A DNA stretch of 64,000 nt from the NCBI GenBank assembly GCA_025594325.1, contig JANHCV010000009.1, forward strand, positions 1,178,001 through 1,242,000, written 5' to 3'. The stretch comes from Blastocladiella emersonii ATCC 22665. Lineage: Eukaryota; Fungi; Blastocladiomycota. Below the pieces are notes generated by a model. The model was not told the DNA's origin and did no database searches. It saw only the letters and a program-made list of their open reading frames with translations. The number at the start of each line of letters is the position of its first letter. Within the stretch, counting starts at the first letter, position 1. This document shows, one piece after another, positions 24,001 to 36,329 of the stretch. Position numbers and translations under genes: made by a program.

Positions 24001-25332
24001 GTTGACGACCAGGCCGCGCAGCCGCTCGATGTTGTGCGGCGTGACGCGCTCGGGGAACGTGAGCACCTTGGCCACGTGCTCGGGCACGGCCACCTGGTCG
24101 ATGCGCATGTTGGGGTCGGGCGAGATGACCGTGCGCCCGGAAAAGTCGACGCGCTTGCCCGACAGGTTGCCGCGGAACCGGCCCTGCTTGCCCTTGAGGC
24201 GCTGCGACAGGCCGCGGTGGCGCTTGGCGTCGCCGCTCTGCATCATGGACAGCGGGATGCCCGGCATGTCCGAGTTGATGTACAGGCCGGCCGTGAGCTG
24301 CATGAACTCCCACTGCTCCATGATCGACGACAGCGGCTGGCCCTCGGCGAGGTTGCGGCGGATGAGCGAGTTGATGTAAATGATCTCGACGAGCTTGCCG
24401 GTCAGCGAGTCCTCGTTGGTCTCCTCGGCGTCGCGGGCGACCGAGGGGCGGATGACGCCGGGCGGCACGGGCAGGTAGGTCCACAGGTAGTGCTCGGGGC
24501 GGCCGTGCTCGGGGTTGAGGCCGAGCAGCTCCACGTCCTCGTCCGTGATGGCCTGGAACAGCTCGAGGACGCGCAGCGGGTGCAGCTCGTCCATGGCCTT
24601 GCCGACGTGGGGCGCGAGCTCGGGGACGCCGGCCGTGGCCGACTGGAACGAGGCGCGGAACGCCTCCTCCTCCTCCTTGAGCTTCTTGGACCGGTACCGC
24701 TCGTGCGCGATCTTGAGCGGGCCCACCTTCTTGACGACGCCGTTGGACGCCTTGCAGTGCGGGCACAGCACGTGCTTGCGGCAGGCGGCGTTGAGCGCCT
24801 TGATGATGCGCTGGCGCGACATGTTGTCCATCGGGGTGCGCAGCTTCTTGAGGAAGGCGCGGCGGTCCTTCTCCTCGAGCATGACGCGGCTGCACGTCTT
24901 GCAGATGTTCTGCAGCGTGGTGATGATGGCGCGGAAGAAGCCGACGTGGAACAGCGGGAGCACCAGACGCAGGTGGCCGAAGTGGCCGGGGCAGTCGGCG
25001 AGCTTCTGCCCGCACGTGTTGCACTCGCCCGTCTTCTCGGACGGGCCCATGCGCAGGTCGAGCGGCCCGTTGGCGGCGGTGCCCTGCCGCTCGCGCTCCA
25101 CGAACTTGAACGTCTCGGGCACCGACACCTCGACCTCGGACGCCTTGACCATGTCCTCGCGCGAGTGCACGCCGAACTGGATGCACTTGCTACACGATGG
25201 GGGTGGCGGGCGGGCGCGCGGGTTCGTGAGCGGGGCCGATCGGCGATGGGCGGCGTGCGCAGCGCAGGGCAGCACGTACATCTTCTTGGGGACATTGTCC
25301 AGCACGGGCTGGAGCACCTTGCGGTCCCTCAT
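21088..25332 (-). CDS. RPC1: DNA-directed RNA polymerase III largest subunit (~1384 aa), intron 25190-25279
   Basis: Catalytic [34 protein letters not shown], Zn-binding CPGHFGH, and the Pol III-type trigger loop [28 protein letters not shown]. Removing the GTACGT...TGTAG intron gives KKIKCIQFG. Very high GC3. Confidence 0.95.
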   Translation of the reverse strand: [1414 protein letters not shown]

Positions 25333-26923
25333 CGTGGCGGTTGCGGATGCGGTGGTGGTGGATGCGGGAGCAGCGTCGGTGGTGGTGTGCGTGCGGCAAG
25401 TTTGTGGGGATGTGTGATGGGGGTCGGTGATGAGGGTGCGAGCGTGTAGCGGGACGCGCGGCGCGGCGAGGGGAGCGAGAACGGCCGCCGCGGCGGCGCC
25501 AGCGGAATAGCAAGGTCGGCTCGGCGTCATGTGACGCGTCGCTAGCACGCTTTCTTGTCCCCTTCTCCCACCCGAGCTCCCACCGCTTCCCCTCCTCCCC
25601 GTTGAGCACGCCATGGGCGAAACTATGGAGTAAATGCATCTGTCCCCGCTTAAATCATGTCTCCCAGCGCCGCCGTCGCCGCGTCGCGGCCTGCTTCGCC
25701 ACACCCGACCGGGCTCCCGCTTGCCGTACGCCCTGGGCGCGTGCTGCTCCGAGGCGAGCTGGGCACGATGGGCCGTGGTGGGGTCGCTGCTGCAGCCGGG
25801 CGGGGGCGGAGGCGCCCGTCGCCCGGCGTCGAACGAGTCGCCGACTCCTGCCCGTCGCTCGCGAGCTGGTGTCGCACACGTCCCATTGACCTAGTGTGCC
25901 GCGGGTGGTCCGTGGATGGAGGACCTCTCAGCACGCTCTAGGGCGCCGAGGCTACGAGCGTCGATGAGCGGGAGTCGTGGACTCCTTGAGCGGCTCAACC
26001 GACACGGTGCGAACGAGACCTCGCCGTCGGCTTTCAGCCTCGGCTTGCCCCGCTCCGGCATCTTCTCGTGACGCTTCGAGTGCCGCACGCACGGGCGCGG
26101 CCGACTCCGCGCAGTCGAGTGCTTCACCCGCAGCTCGATGCCCTCGCTGGTGGTGATGCGTCGATCGCGTTCGACTGGACCCGGCTTGACGGCCGAGTTG
26201 GCGAGGTCGAGTGAGGGAGGGTGGAAGGATGAGACGTTGATGGCAGCCAAGTACAAGCGGTCCACCGAGTTGGCGGTCGTTAGCGTTGTTCGTCGCTAAC
26301 GCCGGCTTCGTCGTCTCGAGACCACTTCATGGACGCGAGAGCCGCACCGAACCTGGCAGCCGCGGCGTCGTCCTCACTTCACACTCATGAATGCGCAACT
26401 CCGGGGCGCCGGACGACGATAGCTGCCCCGCCCGCGAGGTCCCGCGGAGGCAAGCTTCGACGGCCGTGGTTCAGCGCCCTGGGCGGGTCGTGCAGCTGCC
26501 GGTTCGCAGCCCGTGGTCGCAACGAAGACTTCGCCCCGCTCACATCCGTTCGATCTTGGCGGTGACACGAGTACCGTGCCACGCTTCATGGCTTCTCGCA
26601 CACGACAGCATTCGAGTTTCGCGAGCAGTACCTGCTCTATAACACGCTCGCGATCACCTCCGCTGGAGACGATGTTTAGTACTTGCCCAGGGTGAGGAGA
26701 GCGAGGGCGAGGTCCCGCTGCATCCCGATCGACTTGCCCTGTACACCTTCGCGCTTCGCCTAAAAAAGTCTTCTTGACCTGGTCCTCGAAGCCGACCATC
26801 GCTGGTCGAACCAGAGGTGGTGGAAGAGGTGGCGGAACGCGAGTCCAACGGAGAGCGACGCGTCAACGTCACGTCGCTTCGCTTTTGCTCCCCTCCGCCC
26901 TCACTCCCTCTCATGGAAAGCGA

Positions 26924-29368
26924 ATGAAAATGGACCCGGACTTGATGCAACACAATATTCTCGACATGGCCGGCGTTTACCAGGCCCTTGCGGCTTCTGG
27001 CGCCGTCGCGCCGTCCGCCGACCCTCGTTCGCTGGCATGGCTTCCAGAGGTGGCGCTTACCGTCGTCCTTTAGCAAGCTTGTCCACGCACGATTGTCTGT
27101 TCCACGACGCGCGTGCTCACGGACATAGCGTCCACTCGTGGCGTCAAACGCGTTTGGACGCATGTCGTGCTCCGTCGCCACGGAAACGCGGAGCTTCTCG
27201 ACAAGCGTGCCAGTGCTGTCAAACCGTTCGCCGTGGACGAGATGACCTGGATCCTTGAACAGCAAGAGTTTAACCCCATTCCAGGACTCGTTGCTCCCAG
27301 TCCGGGCTTTCTCATCGTCCTTCTGGAGTGCTTACTTGTCGATCTTCGTCGGCGCTATACGATAAACTACGCAGAGGAAGCTCTCAATACCTTCGATAAA
27401 ATGGAGGTCAAGGAACGCGTGCGCATCCGCGAGACTCAAACGCCTCCGAATATGCCGTTCGTCCCTTGCTTTACGCATCCAGGGACTTCGGCCCTTCGCA
27501 TCGCAGTTTATGCTGCTCAGCGTTGGCGCAGTGCAGGACACTTCCGGGAGCTTCTCGTGACATTCTTCGATCGTGCTCCAGCGCTTATCGCGTCCGAGGC
27601 GTTTCCAATTAGCTGGATGGCTGTCTCGCCAGGAGCGATGGACATTTTCCGGCACCTCACCTCGGACCACAGCAAAATCCCTGTGAAATTGTTCAAAATA
27701 ATGCCGTTTGTTGCATACCTGTTTGTTGTCGCGGTCGCGAAGTGGAACTATTCGACCTTCCACGTTTTCCGTTTAGATCTCCCGCTAGTGTTTGACTTAG
27801 ACCCGCAAGAGCTTGCTCAATCGCTCGGCGCGAATTGTCTTGCAACGACGGCGTGAGCTTTCTCCCGTCTTGCAAGGGGTATGCGTGCGGCCGACCTGGC
27901 TCCTATCCTTGACTACCTCCTCGACAATCATCAGCCGTACCCGCCTTTGGCTTGGCGTGACGTCCCTTACGTTCGCTGCTTGAGTGCTTTCGACACCCCC
28001 GAGCTTCTCATTCACGCGACTCGTCAACTCTCTCACCGGCTCCGCGAGGGCATCAACGACAATGATGTCGATGCGATCGCTGACCAAGTCAAGCGGTGGT
28101 GCTCGACGAACGATGGCATGGTCGAAGACGATATCGCAGTGCTGGATGATCAACAGCTTCTCAATCATGCGGCTTGGGGCCACATCATTTTCATGGCACT
28201 TCGTCAATCTGGCAGCTTCGGAGCAGGCTCACTTGCTGCCTTTGCGGCTGCTCGACTTGGACCACGGCTTAAGAGCGTGTGTGCACTAGGTACATTCTGC
28301 TGCAGTAGCTCAAACCAAGTCGACTCACTCACTCACTTGCCCCGCCGAGCCCGTGTAGCTTTCCACCACTGTCTGGCCACAGAGCTCGAGGACAATTGTC
28401 ATGTTGCCCATCTCCTCCAATTCGCTCTCATGCATCTTGGGAGCCAACCAAGCGACGACTTTGTCCACATGCTGGAAGCTCAAATGAGCGGGATCATCGA
28501 GGAAATCCGCGAACGAGCGGCCGACGAGCTGAGTCGTCGTGACTTGATCTGCTCAGTTGTCCGTCGACCTTTCGATTCAGAGTCCGGCATAGACCCGTGG
28601 TTCCTCTTCCGCATGGCCAACACGTTCCTCGCTGTTCAGAATCCGGACTACTGCCCAGGCATCAAGTTTGTTTCGTGGCTCCCTGCAATCGTCCTCAATG
28701 ATCCCGAATATCGCGACAAGGCACTCGATCTCATTCGCCAAGGCGGCACCGCGCGCACATTTCTGGCCGCCATGCTTATGGGCCAGCTTGGCAACTACTC
28801 ACCGCGGTACCCTCTCCCTTCGAGCCCACGCGGCAGCGACGTCAGCTATTGCGACTTGCGTTCTCGCGCGTCGTGGTTTTTAGTCGGGGAGTCGTTGCGC
28901 GAACTCGCCGCCGCGAGTGGTACGCCTCACTGGTTCTCGACCAAGCTCGCCACCCACATCAGCCTGGCCGCCTTTGACGACCCAGACCCTGCACCCCCTT
29001 CTATACTGTCACTTGAAGCGGCCGAGTCCGCCGAATCAGCTGGCGAGGCGTGCAAGTGCCGCGGCGACCATGTTTCCCGTCTTCACGCCACGTTCCGCTT
29101 CCTTGCCCAGCAAGAGCTCGCAGCGACGCTTGGGTTGTGCGGCGAGGCACAGCGGGTCCCCCTCGCGTTCTGGAAGCTGGTTCTGGACGGGGCACTCGAT
29201 GGTGTTAAGGAGACGAGCTGGATCGCTGGCATGCTCGCGAAACACCGGCGCGAATCTCCCAAAGCCGTGGCGGTCGCGGTCGATGCGGAGCTCCGACGCG
29301 TAGCGCCGCTGGCTGTCGAGTCACCCGACTTCCTTGCCGCGGCGGACGAGGTTGAGGGACAAGAGTGA
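26924..29368 (+). pseudogene. Family B paralog 1 (F-box-like N-terminus), two in-frame stops; intron 28290-28358
   Basis: MKMDPDLMQH...SLAWLPEVALTVVL. ORFs 26774-27073, 27113-27856 and 27881-29368 share one frame, separated by TAG and TGA. Confidence 0.7.
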
Positions 29369-29746
29369 GTTTTAAATCCCGTCAACTTCATTGAGGCCAG
29401 CTGGCCATTACGCTTGCCTACCATTTCTTCAACACGTTCGTTCGTCGTTGACGATGATTCTGCAGTCCCCGTGAGCATGCATGAGCGAGTTGGCAACGCA
29501 CTGACCGGAACAGTGACTGTGAGATCAACTAAAACGGCGTTATCCGTGCCTACCACAATTCTTTCGCGTGGGATTACGGTGGAAACGCAGATGAGATGGA
29601 GAGAAGTGAGGGTTTCCTCGATGGGAGCGCGTCGTTCATTTGTGCCCAGCTCGCGTGATCGACAGCGGGACCTGACGCGTGCCCCGTTTCGAGCTCCAGC
29701 TCCCACCCGTCCTCCCGTTCGCCTCACCCCGATCGATGCAAAACAA

Positions 29747-32160
29747 ATGAAAATGGATCCGGACTTGGTGCAACACGATACGACAAGCTCTCGCCAGCCA
29801 ACGGAAGGGGTGACGGGCATGGCACCCGTTGCGCCGACCTCGCTTGCACGGCTTCCCGACGTTGCGCTCACGATCATTCTTCAGCAAGTACGACCGCGCT
29901 CGATTCTTTGCAACTCAACGCGTATGTTTGCGTCACTTGCGCGCGTCCGCGGGGTCAAGCGCGCGTGGGCGACCGTCGTGCTCTGGCGCCACGCTCCTCT
30001 GGACCTGCACGTCGATTACGTTCGGACTCGCGGTCGGCAGACCGTGCATCGGATGGGCTTGATTCTCGACCAGTTGTTCCTGGACTCAAAGAAATTCATG
30101 CGTCGTCCTGGCCTTATCATACCGAGCTCCGAATTTCTCCTTGTCCTCTTGGAGTGCCTTCTTTTCGATCTTCGACGCCGTCATCACGAGCGTTATGCCA
30201 CAGCGATTCTCTGCGCACTCAATAGCACAGATCGCTTCCAATCTCTTGGCTCTCCGCTAGCAGCGGAGCTACATGGGGCCTTGGTTGACTGCTTCTCGTT
30301 TCCAGGGCTTTTGGCGCTCCGGATCGCCATTCATGCCGTAGAGTGCCACGACACCCGCCTCGCCACAGCCGCTCTTAAGCTATTCGCCACTCATACCCCC
30401 GATCTCCTCGCAGCGAAAATCAGCAGCAATCTGTGGTGGCTCGCTTCCGTTGAAACTAAAGATTATTTTGACTGCCTCGAACTGCAGCCTTCTGATCTAG
30501 TACATTCGACGTCGATCTCCTTTGCAAGTTACTTGCTTGCACTGGCCGTGATTCAATGGGACTCGCGGCTTTTCAGGGACATGATTGACGGCGGTTTTGG
30601 CGCGGATTCACACTCGCTTCCGCACGCGTTTGGCCCCAATGCGTTAATGACGCTCGCACTGTACCACATTACGCGCGCCAAGGGAGTACCCGCGGCGGAT
30701 CTCACCCCAATCCTCGACTACCTTCTCGACTCGTGCCAGCCTGATGTGCTTCGGACGCCGCGGGGTGTCCACTATGCTGTCCTCATGTGTGACTTCGATT
30801 CCCCCGCGCTTCTTGTTCACGCTACACGCCGACTCCCAGACCGTTTCTCAACAGACCTCGACGACAACGATCGCTCTGAGATTGCTCGGGCCTTTGAGCA
30901 ATGGCCCAATGCAATGACGGCGATGGATGTCAACGATATCGCGCTTCTTAATGACCAGGGACTCCTCGACTGCACAGCGTGGGGGCACATCATCGTCATG
31001 GCGCTTGACCAGGATGAGGGCACGGGAACAGGTCCACTAGCTACGCTGGCAGTTGACCGCCTCGGTCCAAGGCTCGAAGCGGCCTTGGTTGAAGGTACCA
31101 CCTGTTGGCCATCACACCAGTTTTCGCTCGATTTACACTATTTGCGCCGTGTATGTAGCCTTCCACCGCAGCATGATGAAGATTTTAGTGAACGACTGCA
31201 AAGTTTACGCCGTCCTCAAATTCGCCTGCCAAAGTCTTGGAGGCGAGCCAAGCGCCGACTTTGCGTACGAGCTCACTCTTCGAATGCTTACGGTCATTGA
31301 TGACTTGACCTATGGGGGACCAAGCACGGAATATTGCACCTACAATGTTATCAGTCGCGTTTTCGACCATTGGTCACACATCGACCCATGGCTCCTCTTC
31401 CTCATGGCCAACAACTACATCCAAGAAGCAAAAGGTTTTCTCAACTCCAATGACGATGAGCTCCTGTTTCTCTCTTGGATTCCTGCGGTTGTCCTTGGCG
31501 ACCCTCGGACTCGCGACAGAGCACTGGATCTCATTTGCAAAGGGAAGACCGCACGCGCCTTTCTCGCCGCTATGCTGATGGGCCAGCTGGACCTGGACGG
31601 TTACGGACGACCTCGGGCCTGGGCCTGGCCAAGTTCGTTCCGGTCATTGTGACCTACGAACCAGCGCATTGTGGTTCACGGCGATGGAATCTTTGCAAGA
31701 GCTCAAATCCACGAGCAACGCTCTGAGCCCGAATCCAGGCGGGCTCGAGTACTGCATCGAACATGCTGCATTTGACGACCCAGCCACGCCCGGTCGCCTG
31801 ACTCGCGAAATCGAGGCGCGCAAGGGTGCCGAAATCGTGGACAATGGATGCGGTTGCGGCGGCATGCACGTACCCTGGATCACCGAGACGTGTCGCTTTC
31901 TCGCTCGACATGAACTCGCGGCAACTCTTGACTTATGCAACAGTTTCACACTGGTCCCGCTTGCGTTCTGGGAGCTTGTTCCTGACGGCGCACTTGATGG
32001 CGTCAAGAACACGAGCTGGATCGCTGACATGCTCGCCAAGCACCAGCGCGAGTCGTCCGACGACGTGGCGCTTGCTGTTGAGCGGGAGCTCTGTCGCGTT
32101 GCACCACTGGCCACCCGGTCGCCCCAGTTTCGCGCTGTGGCCAAGACGGCGCGCGAGTGA
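29747..32160 (+). pseudogene. Family B paralog 2; intron 31095-31158; one frameshift near 31600
   Basis: SLARLPDVALTIILQQV F-box-like motif. The 64-nt GTACCA...TGTAG intron joins ORFs 29414-31300 and 31053-31652 in frame; a further shift leads to ORF 31669-32160. Confidence 0.65.
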
Positions 32161-32357
32161 CCATGACGCAGTCCATTGTTGGGTCGAATGTGCGTGTTGA
32201 GTCAATTTATTCTTGCCTGGATCCGCCCTTCAACAGGAGCGCGTGGTTCATTTGTGACCGCCTCGCGTGACCAAGCCTGCCAGTGGCGCTCACCTCGCTT
32301 CGAGCTCAAACTCTGACCCGCTCTCTTGCTCACCTCAACCAACTCGATGCAAAACGA

Positions 32358-34762
32358 ATGAAAATGGATCCGAAATTGGTGCAACACAATTCGACGGGCT
32401 TGCACGACCCAACGGTGGTGGCGACCAACTTGGCGCCCGTTGTTCCATCCTCGCTCACACGGCTTCCTGACGTTGCCCTCACGATCATTCTTCAGCAAGT
32501 GTGCCCGCGCTCGATTCTATGTGCTTCAACCCGTTCTCTTGCTTCGCTCGCGCGCATCCGCAGTATCAAGCGAGTGTGGGCGCCCGTCTTACTTGGGCGC
32601 CTCGCTCACCCGGACCTGTATCACGATTATGTTTTTGCCCGCGAGCCGCAGGCTGTAGACCGTATCGGCTGGGTCCTCGACCAGTCGTTCTTGAACTCGA
32701 AGCGAGACCAGCCTGTCGTTGGACTTGTCGCTCCCAACACCGATTTTCTACTGATCCTCTTGGAGTGCCTCCTCTTCGATCTCAACCGCCGTCATCACGG
32801 TAAAAACGCCACAGCAACCCTCGACGCACTGACTCGAACGGAAGTCCTCTATTCTCTGGGTCCACCTCTGGCTGCGAAATTGGACGGCGACTCGGTCGCC
32901 TGTTTTACGTTTCCAGGCGCTTCTGCTCTCCGCATTGCCATTTATGCGATCCCGAGCCACGACACTTGGCTGCTAACCCGAACTCTCAAGCTCTCGACGA
33001 CTCTCGCGCCTGATCTTGCCACGATGACAAGCTACTGCTTTTTGTGGTGGCTCATGTCCGTCGAAACTCAAAGTATCCTTTCCGCGCTCGGGTTGCATAC
33101 TGCGGCCATGGTGCTTCTGTCTTCGACCTCTTTTGCGGACCACTTGTTCACCCTCGCCGTTGTACACTGGGACGTTCGAATTTTCGAGCACATGCGCGAC
33201 TCTGGCCATGTTACGGACCCGCCATCTCTCGCACATACAATTGGCCCCAACACGCTGATGATGCTCGCGCTGCTCAACCTCTACCTCTCACCCGACCTGG
33301 GAGTACCCGCAACTGACATGGTTCCGATTTTCGACTACCTTCTTGCCTCATGCAAACCGGGCGTGCTTCGGACGCCACGCGGCATCCACGTTGCCGTCCT
33401 CTTGTGCCAATCCGATTCTCCCGCGCTTCTCATTCACGCCGCTCGCAAGCTGTCTGACCGTCTTGCCAACGATGTCGAAGACGGCGACCGCGCTGAGATC
33501 GCGCAAGCATTCAAGAGGTGGTCCAATGCAAATGCAGCGCTCGACGCGGACGACGTTGCGCTGCTGGCTGACCAGGGACTCGTTGACGATGCGGCGTAGG
33601 GGAGCATCATTATCATGGCCCTTCGCTGCTTTTCTTGTCGGTCGTCTTGGTTCGGGGCTTGAGGACGCGCTGGTTGAAGGTACGGTTTCCAACCCAATAC
33701 TGTTTAGCGAACTGTATTTGATTCTGACTACCATGCCTTATAGCCTTCTACCACAGCTCGTTGAGAGCTATGGAGGACGAGCGCAGCCTGCGCAACATCC
33801 TTGAATTTGCTTGCCAAAATCTTGGTGGCGAACCAGACAACGACTTTGTTTCTGAGCTCGTCGATCGATTGCTCGCAGTCATCTTGCATGTTGGAAACGG
33901 AGAAACTGACGAGAACAAACAGGGCGAAGCCATCTGCGATTTTACTAACCGGATCTTCGAAATTGCTTCCTACGCCAACCCGTGGCTCCTGTTTCGCATG
34001 CTTACCCTGCTTAGTCGAAGTGCCGACATGTCCCCCGACTCCGCCGAGCTCACGGTTCTTTCGTGGGTTCCTGCAATCTTTCTCGGCGACCCTCGGATTC
34101 GCGGCAAGGTACTTGATCTCATTCGCAAGGAGGGCACCGCGCGAGTATTTCTCGCCGCCATGCTGTGGGGCCAGTTGGGCGCATACCCTGCCACGTACCG
34201 GTTTGCACCAGGCTCTGGCCAAGGTTCGACTTACTTGTGCGATATCCGTTTCAGCGCCCTGTGGTTCAACGCCATGGAATCCTTGCATGGGCTCGGAACC
34301 ACAGCCACCACTCCAGGCTGGGTTCCGCGCGACCTGACGTCTTGCATCAGCGAGATCGCTTTTGACGACCCAGGGACTGCTCTGGTCTGTCGCCTGACGC
34401 ACGAAACCGAGATGTACGAGGGAGCCGAAGTTATTGACGACGATGAGTGCGACTGCGGCCACGTCCACCATCCGTCGCGGTTCATCAAAACAATGCGTTT
34501 TCTCGCCTGACACGAACTCGCAGCAACTCTTGGGTCGTGTGGCGAGGCGCAGCGCGTCCCGCTCGCGTTCTGGAAGCTGGTTCCCGATGGTGCGCTTGAT
34601 GGCGTCAAGGACGCGAGCTGGATCGCTGGCATGCTCGCCAAGCACCGGCGCGAGTCGTCTGATTCGACAGCGCTTGCGGTCGAGCAGGAGCTCCGACGCG
34701 TCGCGCCGCTGGCCACCCAGTCGCTCGAGTTCCTCGCTGCGGCCAAGCTCGCGCGCGAGTAA
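32358..34762 (+). pseudogene. Family B paralog 3; intron 33680-33743; stops and a deletion
   Basis: TAG at 33597 (paralogs AWG), a short deletion with frameshift near 33620, and TGA at 34508 where paralog 2 reads FLARHEL. Confidence 0.7.
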
Positions 34763-34934
34763 CCAGCGAGCCGTCGGTTTCTGTAGCGCGTGTACGCGCT
34801 GAATAATATATACTAGCTTTCGTTACTTTGTGCTTGCGGGCAGAGTCGCGCGCAGCTACGCTCACGCTGCCCTTGGATTGATGCTGAAGCGGCGGACAGG
34901 TTTATTCTCACGTGTCAACGTGTGTGTATTATGG

Positions 34935-36298
34935 TTACTCTTCCACTTTGGGAAACCAGTCAATGTTCAAGTCGTTGAAGCCGACCTTGTCAATCAGGTC
35001 TTGTAGCGTGCGCTCGTCATCGAACACGTTCAGCAGCAGTCGTCGGAGCGTCCGGGGAAGCCGCGAAACAAGCAGGCACGCGCTGTCGTAGCCAATGTCG
35101 TTGAGAATCAGGGACAAGCCAGTGAGCGAGCACGGGAACCAGCGTCTGGCCGCGGTGCTGGTGCAAGTCGCGCGAGCCGGACGCTGGGGAAGCTTCGAGG
35201 CGAAAGCAATGGTGGCCTTGTCATCGAGGTCGTTCTTCGAGAGGACGAGATACTTGAGCGTCGCGGGGAATGCTTCGGCAAGAGCGGCAATCCCCCGCTG
35301 GCCAATATTGTTGTCGTGGAGATCGAGCGACTGGAGGCATGCTGGCATGTGGGCGGCGAGACGCACGGCTCCCTCGGGGCCGATCTCAACACCACAAAGC
35401 GACAGCTGGCGAAGTTCTAAGGGCAGGCGTTCGACGAGGACGATAATGACTCGAAGCGGGAGATAGGCCGACCAAACTGGGCGTGTGATTACAAACGTCT
35501 GCAGGGTCGCGGGTAGCGAGCCCATTAGCACGCACGTCGACTCGAGCTCCCAATCGACATCAGAGAGCCGAAGCGTTTCGAGCGTTGACGGAATACCACG
35601 CGCGAGGCTGACAAGGGATTCGGGCGAAAGATACTCGGCTTCAGTTCTGCTCAACAGACGCATTTGGTGGCCGATGAGGTTCAGAACCTTGAGCGAGCGA
35701 GGAAGCTGGCGGAGAAAGCGTGACCCATCTGGCGCGTTGAGAAAGCAGCTGCCGAGATGGAGTACCTCAACCAAGTTTGGCAGCCACTCGCCCCGCACAG
35801 CTTGGCTGCGGCAGCCGAGAATGTTGTTCGAGAGGTCGAGCTCGCAAACCGTGTCCAGCAGCCCAAGGCGTACGAGCTCGGGAAGGCTGAGCGTCATATC
35901 GGCCAGCAAGACCCGAGTTACGGCCTGAAGCAGGTTTGAGAAAGCAGAGCGTAGAGCAGCGGCCGATGTCAGTGAGGCGCGCATTCTGAATGAAGACCTC
36001 GGTTGCGTGCCCCAAACGAAGGGACTGCGCCAGCGCTTGCGCTTGCGCGTCTCCTTTGGTTTGGAATTCATCAAAACACGGATCCTAAGCGATGAACCAT
36101 GTCTGCCCGTACGCGTGTTAGAAGGTTGCCTTAGGTCAGACAGTGAGAGCCCACATCCGCGTACCGCAAAAACTGGGCTGAACATGGCGTTGCATTCGAA
36201 CGGCACAATTGTCTCGGGGATGGCGATCCCACTCTCGTCGCGAAACCACTCAAGAACGTGAAACTGGGAAGTATTTCGCGCCGACGTGAGAAGGCTCG
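34935..36298 (-). pseudogene. 3' part of host LRR (RNI-like) gene split by the viral insertion
   Basis: Repeats such as LQSLDLHDNNIGQRGIAALAEAFPATLKYLVLSKNDL. The frame is open up to the insertion site and joins ORF 51090-51414 in frame once the element and one TSD copy are removed. Confidence 0.75.
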
Positions 36299-36303
36299 AG
36301 AGA
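36299..36303. repeat. Left target-site duplication AGAGA
   Basis: The identical 5-mer abuts both element ends (36299-36303 and 51090-51094). Confidence 0.9.
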
Positions 36304-36329
36304 TGCCGTATCCCTTAAGGGATACGGCA
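36304..36329. other. Terminal 26-bp perfect palindrome TGCCGTATCCCTTAAGGGATACGGCA
   Basis: Read directly from the sequence; self-complementary. Confidence 0.95.

Noticed and set aside
21011-25449. Very long plus-strand ORFs (1475 aa, 667 aa) and other alternate-frame ORFs over RPC1
   Set aside because: Antisense or shifted shadows caused by extreme GC3 bias of the real gene; no recognisable domains.
25333-25704. N-terminal extension of the RPC1 ORF to 25704
   Set aside because: Low-complexity sequence with a non-ATG start; homology to RPC1 begins at MRDRK (ATG 25332).
36314-36319. TTAA at the centre of the terminal palindromes as a piggyBac-type target site
   Set aside because: The AGAGA duplication lies outside the palindromes, and only those boundaries restore the host ORF. 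PLV-2 has TATA at the centre.
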